A stretch of 64,000 nucleotides of DNA from an uncultured Bacteroidales bacterium (lineage in GTDB: Bacteria; Bacteroidota; Bacteroidia; Bacteroidales; JAADJA01): NCBI GenBank assembly GCA_963840975.1, contig CAWJBC010000021.1:568862-632861 (forward strand), given 5' to 3'. A model generated the notes under the pieces. It ran no database searches, had not been told where the DNA came from, and worked only from the letters and a program-made list of their open reading frames with translations. Both the position numbers and the translations under genes were made by a program. The first letter of the stretch is position 1. Each line of letters begins with the position of its first letter. Shown piece after piece: positions 43,207 to 51,658 of this stretch.

Positions 43207-44052
43207 ATGAAGAGTGGTATTATCATTATCGTTACATTGGTTGTATATGCACAATCCTCCTTAATGTTTGGTCAAACTGCAGAGAACAACTCCGCAAACA
43301 TTCCTGTTGTTTCAACAGCACCTGTGAGTTACAGAGTTAATGAAAGTGGCAGTATTCTGCATGGCTATTATAAAAAAGGATATAATCTGTCAATTTATGG
43401 AGACTCATCCGCAATCGGTTACAGAGCCGACTGTGACATGGATGATGATTGGTCGGGAGCAAATGCAGGCGGCACAACACAATCTTCAAATAGCTTTGAA
43501 TCCGCCTATAAATGTGTTTTCAACCCACATAATTTATATGGTACTGTTTTGCCGGGTAATAAAGCAGGACAGAATCATTTTGATAAATTAAAAAAACTGG
43601 GGGTTGGAATAGGAGATTTGACAATAACATACAAACTTGACAAGTTTAATAAACCCATAGACTCAGTTATCGGAGTTGTATTTGACAGAGGGCCGCATAA
43701 TCAACCCGGGGAGTCAAGTGTGGCGACTTGCAATAAATTTAAAAACACATTGGATAATAATCAATTTATCTACATAGTTTTTCCAAATACAGCGAAATAT
43801 GTAAAGCAAGTCATTGGAACAAAACCAAATATCAATACGCTGAAAAGAGACCCTACAAACGATGACTTTGATCAGGCATTTAAATTGATGTTGAATGAAA
43901 ATACTGCAAACGATAGAAATGTAATGAAGAAAAATTTGATGAACCTTTTATCTCAGATTCCTGTTTTGTCAAATTTTGACAATGCTACTGCTCAGGAAAA
44001 AGCAGAAGGAAAACTCAAAGCAAAAAATAATGACAGAAATCTAAACGAGTAA
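43207..44052 (+). CDS. secreted hypothetical protein (possible GH75 chitosanase-like fold, weak)
   Basis: The 281-aa ORF has a signal peptide. ADCDMDDDWSG and IGVVFDRGPHNQPGESSVATCNKF loosely recall the DMDxDCDG and xxGDxGPxxxxGExSxxxA motifs of GH75. This is from memory only. Confidence 0.5.
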   Translation: MKSGIIIIVTLVVYAQSSLMFGQTAENNSANIPVVSTAPVSYRVNESGSILHGYYKKGYNLSIYGDSSAIGYRADCDMDDDWSGANAGGTTQSSNSFESAYKCVFNPHNLYGTVLPGNKAGQNHFDKLKKLGVGIGDLTITYKLDKFNKPIDSVIGVVFDRGPHNQPGESSVATCNKFKNTLDNNQFIYIVFPNTAKYVKQVIGTKPNINTLKRDPTNDDFDQAFKLMLNENTANDRNVMKKNLMNLLSQIPVLSNFDNATAQEKAEGKLKAKNNDRNLNE

Positions 44053-44292
44053 TAAGGAATTGAAATTAAACTGAATAAAAATTACCTGCTGCCAGCAGCG
44101 GTTTGTCAAAAGGCTGGCTGACGTGCTTCGTATGAACATTTGTGCTGAAAGCCCATCCTTCGCCAAGTGCCAAAACCGTTAATAATAATATCCCTTCACT
44201 TTTCTTACAGACTCAATCCAAAGCATAAGTCTTCTGACGAGTTATCACTAAATATAAAAGGAACGCCTTCCGGTATTCCTTTCTTTTCCACT

Positions 44293-44586
44293 AAGCATTC
44301 CTGAAAACCGATAGGCTTATCAGGAATCCACAATCCACAATTAATTCTTGTCATTCTTAATTATAGTCAATTTAGTCATTGTGCTGGTTTCCTGCCTGCC
44401 CGACTGCATCATTAAGGCGGGCCTGCCCGACTGCATCATTAAAGCGGGCCTGCCCGACTGCGTCATTCCCGTCCGTTCCGGAACGGGCGGACAGGCGGGC
44501 CTGCGCAGGAATGCCACGTCGTCAGAAGGGAATCCACAATTAATTCTTGTCAATCTTAATTTTAGTCAATTTAGTCATTATGCTGG
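44293..44586. repeat. second locus of the composite GC-rich repeat (about 1.4 units; the 27-bp module is present twice)
   Basis: The GCATTCCTGAAAACCGATAGGCTTATCAGGAATCC module comes first. The unit follows with CTGCCCGACTGC[ATCATTAAGGCGGGCCTGCCCGACTGC][ATCATTAAAGCGGGCCTGCCCGACTGC]GTCATTCCC.... The unit head then restarts at 44500-44586. Confidence 0.9.
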
Positions 44587-44683
44587 ATTCCTGTTCCCAC
44601 CTTACCCTAACCACCTTACCACCCCGGCTTCCTTACCCTTGCCATCACCCAACAAAAAAAGGAACCCCTTTCGGAATTCCTCT
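44582..44683 (+). repeat. ~100-nt repeat ending in a terminator-like hairpin, copy 1
   Basis: GCTGGATTCCTGTTCCCACCTTACCCTAACCACCTTACCACCCCGGCTTCCTTACCCTTGCC...AAAAAAAGGAACCCCTTTCGGAATTCCT is near-identical to 45862-45970. Confidence 0.85.
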
Positions 44684-44762
44684 CGAGCATTTCTTATGAA
44701 AACCTAATAATTTCTAGCCAATGGTAATGCCATGATTGCTGTCGGCAATCCATACGTGTTTT

Positions 44763-45071
44763 CTATCCGACAAAACGTTTATGGATGTCATCCCAGGTAA
44801 TGTATTGCGCCCAGCAGTGCTCTGAAACAAATTTTAGGTACATAATTGCCATTTCCGGCTTATGTCTTTTATAGAATTCATATACTTTTCGCTTTCCTTT
44901 GTGGCTGTATATTGTTATCAGGCCCGTTTGTTCCTTGTTTGTCGGCATATCAATACGAAGAACTTCATCCCCTAACTGGTTTAAATTTTCCAGTGACTGG
45001 GTGCTGTGAACGACTTCCATTAATCCAGCATTTCTTTTGTCTTTTGCGAAAATTTGTTTTGTAGCTTCCAT
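44763..45071 (-). CDS. hypothetical protein
   Basis: The 102-aa ORF has no recognised motif. Confidence 0.45.
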   Translation of the reverse strand: MEATKQIFAKDKRNAGLMEVVHSTQSLENLNQLGDEVLRIDMPTNKEQTGLITIYSHKGKRKVYEFYKRHKPEMAIMYLKFVSEHCWAQYITWDDIHKRFVG

Positions 45072-45109
45072 GACAGATATATTTTTAGTTATTTTATCAG
45101 TTATCTATT

Positions 45110-45544
45110 TTAAATTTTAGAAAAGTTAAGGTAATCGGTACCGCCGTTTCCTCCGCTCACATCTTCCAGCTTAATGACTGACGATCTCTGTTCAATTACA
45201 TGCCAGTCATCTGTAATTTCGTCAAAAGGAGACATCCCTGTAAATGTGATATACAATTTCACCTGGCTGTCATCATTGCCGGTGCTCCATGTTCCTGTTT
45301 CAGTTATTGAACCATTGGTTGCAGTAATGGTCCCATTGCTCCCGAAATTAAAGGTGTAACCGTTAAATTTGTAAGTTTCATCCTTGCCGGAATCATTGAA
45401 ATATTCAACTTTCCAGGTACCCTGGGTAATTGTTCCACTGGTATTATCAGGGGATACTGAGTCATCACTTTTATTAGTGCAGCCAATCATGATTGCCAGC
45501 ATGACCAAAAAGGTCAGAATTGATTGTTTGTTTATCGTTCTCAT
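45110..45544 (-). CDS. lipoprotein, hypothetical
   Basis: The 144-aa ORF has a signal peptide plus lipobox (LAIMIGCTNKSDD). Confidence 0.6.
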   Translation of the reverse strand: MRTINKQSILTFLVMLAIMIGCTNKSDDSVSPDNTSGTITQGTWKVEYFNDSGKDETYKFNGYTFNFGSNGTITATNGSITETGTWSTGNDDSQVKLYITFTGMSPFDEITDDWHVIEQRSSVIKLEDVSGGNGGTDYLNFSKI

Positions 45545-45861
45545 ATTATTACGTTTTAAGTTTATTTATAAAATGTCTGATTCTCTCTTTTATGCTTAAT
45601 TACTTTTTATTACCATGATTCACTTTCCGTATTTCAACCTTATCAAATAATAATTTACAAGCAAATTAATGATCAATACAGAAGGATAAAAAATTTAATT
45701 CGGTCAATCGGTAAATGCTGCTATTGAACCGGGATAATTTGAGCTTCAAGGGAAATTTCCTTATGTCATACGAAGTGTATGCGGTGGCCATTGTTATTCA
45801 ATCCGGTCTATCCTTCGATGCTTCGACAAGCTCAGCAGGACCTCATGATGACCGGCATTGT

Positions 45862-45970
45862 TCTGGATTCCTGTTCCCACCTTACCCCTACCACCTTACC
45901 ACCCCGGCTTCTTTACCCTTGCCTTTTTCCTTAATAAAAAAAGGAACCCCTTCCGGAATTCCTTTCTTCC
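45862..45970 (+). repeat. ~100-nt repeat ending in a terminator-like hairpin, copy 2
   Basis: The sequence is TCTGGATTCCTGTTCCCACCTTACCCCTACCACCTTACCACCCCGGCTTCTTTACCCTTGCC...AAAAAAAGGAACCCCTTCCGGAATTCCTTTCTTCC. On the minus strand the hairpin is followed by T7, downstream of gene 46113..47102. Confidence 0.85.
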
Positions 45971-46112
45971 TTTGTGCTTTCCCTGTTAGGAAAGTTCAGG
46001 ATAAACATCAAATGTTTTTACAAATTTAAAAGAACGGACACCAAAGCATCAACCCTTTAATAGTTCAACATCTAACATCATACTTCTAACATTTATCATC
46101 ATCCGTCTCTTC

Positions 46113-47102
46113 CTATTCTTCTTCCTGGTCTATCAGCAAAAAGCTGTATTCCCCCTCATTTATTTCATCAGGGTTATAAACCATCAGGAACAGGTTGGTA
46201 TCGGCCCCAAGGTCAGAAGCAAATACTTCCGACTCATCGCCCGGAACAAGCTCTATAGCCGAACCCGGAACAGGGTCGGTAGGCAGCTTTGCCGTATAAA
46301 ATTTGAGCGATGTACCGCCAATGTTTGCAAGACTAAAATATGAATTGGCATCAAAGCCACCCTCAAGTATCGTAACCGATGCCAGTGCAGCTACCTTACC
46401 CGTTACGGGTTCGGGTGCCGGAGTGGAACCGTTTCCGTTTGCAGTGGAACGAAGCAAGCGCAGGTCGAAGAATTTTTCGATGAGCGACGGATTATCTTTG
46501 TATTTATCCATCAAGCTCCCCAGGTTGCCATAGAGCGTGTCGGCAGCTACCTTCCTTTTTATTTCCAGGATATCCGAAGCATCCTTGGTCAGTTCTTCGC
46601 AATGCGTCTGAACATTTCGTATTCCTAAAATATCTGTATGAAATTGATCCACATCTGTTTTTGTTGCCAACAGGGCAGCATAAGGTTTCAGGGCGGTGCC
46701 CATGGCATTGATGTTGCTGATCCTGATGTCGTAGGGTCCTTCGCGGAAACCGCTGCGTCCGTTAGGAAATATCTTTTTATAATCGGCAGTATCCTCAAGG
46801 TGTACTGCTCTAACCTGGGCGTCCCACTGTTTAATTTTAACATCAACAAGTTCTTCCAACTTCTCATTAAACCTAAAGGTTTCGCCCTCCCAGTTGCCTT
46901 TAGCAGCCGTCCAGCCGCTGTAGGCAATAGAATAATCCTCGTACACGGGAGTGGTACGGGTGAACAGAACTTCAATGTCCGGATCGGACTTCATTGCTTC
47001 CAGTTTCGAATAGCAATCCGTAATCAACAGAAGCATTTTCTTGTAACTGTTTTTTGTTGCGGTATCGAATAAATTCGATATGTACCGCCAAACTTTTTTC
47101 AT
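46113..47102 (-). CDS. hypothetical protein
   Basis: The 329-aa ORF has no signal peptide and no recognised motif. It has an acidic C-terminus. Confidence 0.6.
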   Translation of the reverse strand: MKKVWRYISNLFDTATKNSYKKMLLLITDCYSKLEAMKSDPDIEVLFTRTTPVYEDYSIAYSGWTAAKGNWEGETFRFNEKLEELVDVKIKQWDAQVRAVHLEDTADYKKIFPNGRSGFREGPYDIRISNINAMGTALKPYAALLATKTDVDQFHTDILGIRNVQTHCEELTKDASDILEIKRKVAADTLYGNLGSLMDKYKDNPSLIEKFFDLRLLRSTANGNGSTPAPEPVTGKVAALASVTILEGGFDANSYFSLANIGGTSLKFYTAKLPTDPVPGSAIELVPGDESEVFASDLGADTNLFLMVYNPDEINEGEYSFLLIDQEEE

Positions 47103-47289
47103 ACTTGAAAAAATTTAGTGAATAATTAAAAATTTCAATTCGAACAGTTGATGCTTTGATGTTATTTGCTAATACTTTTTGAAAAGAAAAAAGGTTTCAA
47201 AAAAAGTTAAAAATTTTATTTTTTTTTTACTGACTTCTTGTCAGTTTTTGGCTTATTTTTTCAAACCCGCGCCAATTGCGTCAGTGAAC

Positions 47290-47480
47290 GGTATTTTTAT
47301 TTGTGAACCTGTTTTTCGACGTCGAAAATGGCAATCTTCAATTGCAGATCACGTTTTTCGATGTCGAAAATGGCAGTTTTTATTTGTGAACCTGTTTTTC
47401 GACGTCGTAAAAGGCAATCTTGATTTGCGAATAGGGTTTTTCGACGCCGATAAAGGCAATTTTCATTTGAGGATTGCCTT
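47290..47480. promoter_or_regulatory. array of 4.5 direct repeats of 41-42 bp, each centred on a TTTTCGACGTCGAAAA-type palindrome (operator- or iteron-like)
   Basis: Units start at 47311, 47353, 47394 and 47436, with a partial unit at 47290-47310. The array lies in the divergent intergenic region between gene starts at 47102 (-) and 47956 (+). Confidence 0.6.
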
Positions 47481-47955
47481 TTATGCCGCCTTGCCGGGCA
47501 TTTGATATCCTTACTTATTTCCAATAATTAACCAAATATGATAGTATGGGTGAACAAAGCAGAAATAAATATAAACAGGCGGGTGGTAATAAATATAATT
47601 GCGATTTTAATTGTTGGTGAAAGGGAAGTTTATATATTTGCTGGACTATACTACTTATTTAATAGGACTTAAAAATTGATATACATAACTACCTGAAGTC
47701 TATATAATATCTAAACAAAGTTACATAAGCTAATAGTCGAACCTGAATTATTTAAGAATTAATATTCCTTGAAATAATAAAATAGTTGAAAAGGTAAATG
47801 TATAAATACGTTATGGGTGACAGATATAGAAACCAATTTCCTTCAAAATTTAATTAGAAAATTATCTAAAATAAGTATTGTAATTGATTGATTCTTTATG
47901 ACATTCTTACTGCGGAAATTTTTGATTAATGATTTAATGTAATAAAACTATAAAA

Positions 47956-49230
47956 ATGAAAACATTTTATTTTGTTCTATTGATTAGCCTCTGTTTGACA
48001 AGTTTGGCACAAGAATATACAATTTTTAGTGAACGTGAAGGCGTTAAGGAGCAACCTGTATTTAATATTTATCAAGAACAATCTGGAAGTATTATTTTTC
48101 AAGGAAATAAAGGGATTAATAGATGGGATGGTAAGAGTTGGTCCTTTTTTAACTTTAAAAACCCAGCAATGGGTAAAAAGTATCCTAAAGAATTTCCTGA
48201 TATACTTTCAAATAAAAATGGTTATGTTCTAATTCAAGTTAATGATACCGGTAGTATAGAATTAAATTCATTAGTGGGATATGATACGAAAATTGATAAT
48301 GAAGGAAACCTTTGGTTTCATGATTGGTTATCCCAAAAAATGTTGTACAAAATTGTGGGAAAAGAATGGGTACCTGTCGTCGATTTTCCTAAATCATCGT
48401 CTATTGCTATCGGAGAAGAGTTTGGTAAAGATGATGCAAGAATGTTTATTGATAGTAAAAACAATATTTGGATTCCAACATCAAAGGGTCTTTTTATGTA
48501 CGATTCAAATAAATTGATATCTTTTGGGGAGACATCTAATCTGCCAATTAGGGGTAATTGTACTTTTATGGAAGATTTAACAGGAAATATTTGGATTAGT
48601 TCCAAACATACCGGAATATACAAATATGATGGCATTAAGTGGGAACAGTATAATTCTGCAAATGCTGGGATTGTCAACAACCATATATGTTCTACTATTA
48701 TTGACAAGAATGGAAAAGTATGGGCTGCTCACTATAAAGGAGGTGTGAGCTTTTTTGATGGAAATAAATGGGTGAAAGAAGAACTAGGTGAAAATTATTA
48801 TGCTCCGGGTTTAAATGGAATAAGTGCAGGAGATATAATAATAGGATTAGCTGATGGAAGTGACTGGGACAAATTTCCTTCTCAAATAATTGCTGACAAC
48901 TTAAATAATATCTGGTATGCAGCAACAGGAGGAGGGCTTTTCAAATATGATGGTGCAAAATGGGAACAAATTCAAAAAGTTTCTCCCAATTCTTCTATTG
49001 AAATGATAATTGATTCAAAGGGAAATATTTGGTTTACCAATTATGCAAATATTGGTTCACAACCAGCTGAAGGATTATTTAAATTTGATATAAAAAATAA
49101 TACATGGAATTCCATCTTAAAGAAGAACATTCATAATCTTTTTGAAGATAAAAGTGGAAGTATTTGGTGTACTAGTCGTATAAACGGTCCGATAAGTGAA
49201 GAAGAAATATATTATTTCAAAAACAATTAA
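47956..49230 (+). CDS. secreted beta-propeller protein with two-component-regulator-propeller (Reg_prop)-like repeats
   Basis: The 424-aa ORF has a signal peptide and about 7 repeats of the type GNIWISSKHTGIYKYDGIKWEQY / NNIWYAATGGGLFKYDGAKWEQI. The gene is AT-rich; two 60-nt lines count 37-38% GC. Confidence 0.7.
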   Translation: MKTFYFVLLISLCLTSLAQEYTIFSEREGVKEQPVFNIYQEQSGSIIFQGNKGINRWDGKSWSFFNFKNPAMGKKYPKEFPDILSNKNGYVLIQVNDTGSIELNSLVGYDTKIDNEGNLWFHDWLSQKMLYKIVGKEWVPVVDFPKSSSIAIGEEFGKDDARMFIDSKNNIWIPTSKGLFMYDSNKLISFGETSNLPIRGNCTFMEDLTGNIWISSKHTGIYKYDGIKWEQYNSANAGIVNNHICSTIIDKNGKVWAAHYKGGVSFFDGNKWVKEELGENYYAPGLNGISAGDIIIGLADGSDWDKFPSQIIADNLNNIWYAATGGGLFKYDGAKWEQIQKVSPNSSIEMIIDSKGNIWFTNYANIGSQPAEGLFKFDIKNNTWNSILKKNIHNLFEDKSGSIWCTSRINGPISEEEIYYFKNN

Positions 49231-49642
49231 TGCCTGTTTTAATTATCCCTGTCATGTTTGAAAAAATTGGCTGTGACATGAGGTATCTCTTAAAAATGCC
49301 CCAACCATTTAATGTTACCAAACCATAAATTAGAAACAAAAACTAAAAATAACTCACTCCATGCCCCTCTTCCAAAACTCCGTCATAACAAAGTACCTGC
49401 AAGCCCAAAACAGGGAAAGGATTGCAGCGCAATGGAATGTATTTAAATCGCATTTCCTCAATCCGGTTATTCAGGAGAATATCAGACTAAGCAAGGAAGA
49501 ACAATACCAGGGGGAGTTCCTGATTGATTTGTTTGTAAAGGTACTGGGGTATACTAAAAATCCGGAACCGAACTTTAACCTCACCACCGAATACAAGAAC
49601 ATCAAGGACAGCAAAAAGGCGGATGGTGCCATCTTATTACAA

Positions 49643-49710
49643 CAAGGGGCTTCAGCCCCTTGCAAAAATGAAACCGGAGATGTTTCGAAGCAAGTAATTT
49701 CAGCCCCTTG
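49643..49710 (+). repeat. in-frame palindromic element pair (CAAGGGGCTTCAGCCCCTTG plus a half copy)
   Basis: A perfect 8-bp stem with a 4-nt loop lies at 49643-49662, and the half copy TTTCAGCCCCTTG lies at 49698-49710. The region translates as QQGASAPCKNETGDVSKQVISAPC. Confidence 0.9.
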
Positions 49711-50651
49711 TGTGGTTGGGGTGATTGAACTGAAAGGAACGAATACCACCGACCTGGGCAAGATTGAAACGCAGGCTTTCGGGTACAAGAACAACCAGCC
49801 CGATTGTGTTTATGTGATCACGTCGAACTTCGAGAAGCTGCGGTTTTATATTGACAATGCCATCGAGCACATCGAGTTTAATTTGTTTGCCCTCACGGAA
49901 AAGGATTTTGAATTGCTGTGGCTTTGCCTGGCTTATGAGAACATCGAAAAGGGAATTGCGAAAAAGATAAAGGATGAATCGGTCGGGCGGGAAGATGAAA
50001 TTACGAAGCAGCTTTATAAGGATTATTCGCTGTTCAAGCGGGAACTGCATCAAAACCTCGTGGCGCTGAATGCGGGTTACGGGGCGCTGGAACTTTTTAA
50101 GAAATCGCAGAAGCTGCTCGACCGGTTTTTGTTTTTGTTCTTTGCCGAGGATCGCATGTTGTTGCCTCCCAATTCGGTTAAGCTGGTGCTGAACGACTGG
50201 AAAGATTTGCAGGAAAGGGATGTGGACGTAACGCTTTACGAACGGTTTAAAAAGTATTTCGAATACCTGAACACCGGCTTTAAAGGCAAACGGTACGATG
50301 TGTATGCTTATAACGGCGGGTTGTTTAAACCGGATGCGGTGCTGGATGCCGTGAAGATTGACAGTGAACTGCTTTACCGGCATACGCACAGGCTTTCGGA
50401 ATATGATTTTGTGAGCGAGGTGGATGTGAACATACTGGGGCATATTTTTGAGAACTCGCTGAATGAGCTGGACGAAATAAAGGCGCAACTGGAGGGGAAG
50501 GAAATTGACAAGAGCAAGACCAAGCGCAAAAAGGACGGTGTGTTTTACACGCCCAAATACATTACCAAGTACATTGTGGATAATACCGTTGGCAAACTGT
50601 GCAGCGAAAAGAAAACCGAACTGCAGATAAACGAGGAGGAATACACATCAA

Positions 50652-50713
50652 CAAGGGGCTTCAGCCCCTTGCAGGAAAAGGACGCAAAACAAACAAGAGG
50701 CTTCAGCCCTTTG
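50652..50713 (+). repeat. in-frame palindromic element pair
   Basis: CAAGGGGCTTCAGCCCCTTG lies at 50652-50671 and CAAGAGGCTTCAGCCCTTTG at 50694-50713. The region translates as TRGFSPLQEKDAKQTRGFSPLP. Confidence 0.9.
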
Positions 50714-51139
50714 CCTAAAAAGGAAAAACAAAAGCAATTAGATAAACTAAATGAATATCGCAACTGGCTTTTGCAGCTTACCATTTGCGACCCGGCTTGT
50801 GGTTCGGGGGCTTTCCTGAACCAGGCTTTGGATTTCCTGATCAGGGAACACAAATACATTGATGAACTGCATGCCAAGCTGTTTGGCGATGCGCTGGTGC
50901 TGAGCGATATTGAAAACAGCATACTCGAAAACAATTTGTTCGGGGTGGACCTGAACGAGGAAAGCGTGGAGATAGCCAAGCTTTCGTTGTGGCTGCGAAC
51001 GGCACAACCCAACCGCAAGCTGAACGACCTGAACAACAACATCAAATGCGGCAACTCGCTGATTGATGACCCGGCAGTGGCAGGAGATAAAGCTTTTAAC
51101 TGGCAGAAGGAGTTTCCGAAGGTTTTTAAAGAGAAGAAT

Positions 51140-51658
51140 AAAAAGATATGGCATGTAACTACCGTCACACATGATACACGGACTTCGCAACGAATGATAG
51201 ACTACAAGGTACGGGAGCGAAGGTCTGACGGAGAAATGCATGTTGACCGATCTATCTTCTTGAATGACGAAGAATCGCTAAAACTTACCGAAATTATTTG
51301 CGATGTCATAATTGAAAATGAATTTAACTGCCTTGCCTACAATGTTTGCGGCGATCATGTTCATTTGATCCTGGTTTGCGAAGAAGATGAATTACCGGAA
51401 ATTGTACGAAAGCTGAAAGGCAAGTCGGCACAAAAGTTTAAGGAATACAAAGGAATAAATAAGGAAGAAACTTTCCATTTGTGGGCTCAAAAATTCAACA
51501 GCAAAGAAATTACCGGCGATGAGCAATTGAGTTCTACGATAAACTATATTGCGACAAACAGGGAAAAACATGAACTGCCCGACATCAACAAGGGGCTGCA
51601 GCCCCTTGTAAAGAAAATGACATGCACACTGGAACACGCATTTCGGACTGAGTATAAG
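51140..51658 (+). mobile_element. HUH (Y1) transposase-like module nested in-frame in the R-M gene
   Basis: The module reads IWHVTTVTHDTR..., GDHVHLIL (HUH at 51356-51364), KLKGKSAQKF, HLWAQKFNSKEI and INYIATNREKH (Tyr codon 51545-51547). It is flanked by MTase sequence: EFPKVFKEK upstream and KGGFDVVIGNPPY downstream. Confidence 0.65.
51589..51608 (+). repeat. in-frame palindromic element
   Basis: CAAGGGGCTGCAGCCCCTTG translates as NKGLQPLV. It shares the 5' flank ACATCAACAAGGGGC with the 50652 copy. Confidence 0.9.

Noticed and set aside
44320-44345. AATCCACAA motifs in the composite repeat resemble DnaA boxes (TTATCCACA). This prompted the idea of a replication origin.
   Set aside because: The matches are imperfect (7-8 of 9). 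They are part of a dispersed repeat, and there is no dnaA or dnaN context. This is insufficient evidence.
44341-44707. ORFs 44341..44553 (-) and 44348..44707 (+) lie across the second repeat locus.
   Set aside because: The reasoning is the same as for the first locus. The sequences are near-identical to the non-coding unit at 39.8 kb and vary by whole 27-bp modules.
45715-46029. ORF 45715..46029 (+) is 104 aa long.
   Set aside because: It runs through the ~100-nt dispersed repeat (FLFPPYPYHLTTPASLPLP, also 'encoded' at 44590-44650) and the terminator hairpin. It is repeat-derived.
47179-47524. ORFs 47179..47505 (+) and 47297..47524 (-) cover the 42-bp repeat array.
   Set aside because: They are mutually overlapping and repeat-derived peptides (FRRRKWQ... 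repeated). A DNA- or RNA-level element is more plausible.
49700-51241. Long antisense ORFs lie inside the R-M gene: 49700..50488, 50545..51168 and 50747..51241, all on the minus strand.
   Set aside because: The sense strand carries unambiguous MTase motifs. The antisense ORFs have low-complexity, motif-free sequence, as is typical of shadow ORFs. The same applies to antisense ORFs inside the kinases, the cyclase, ligA and others.
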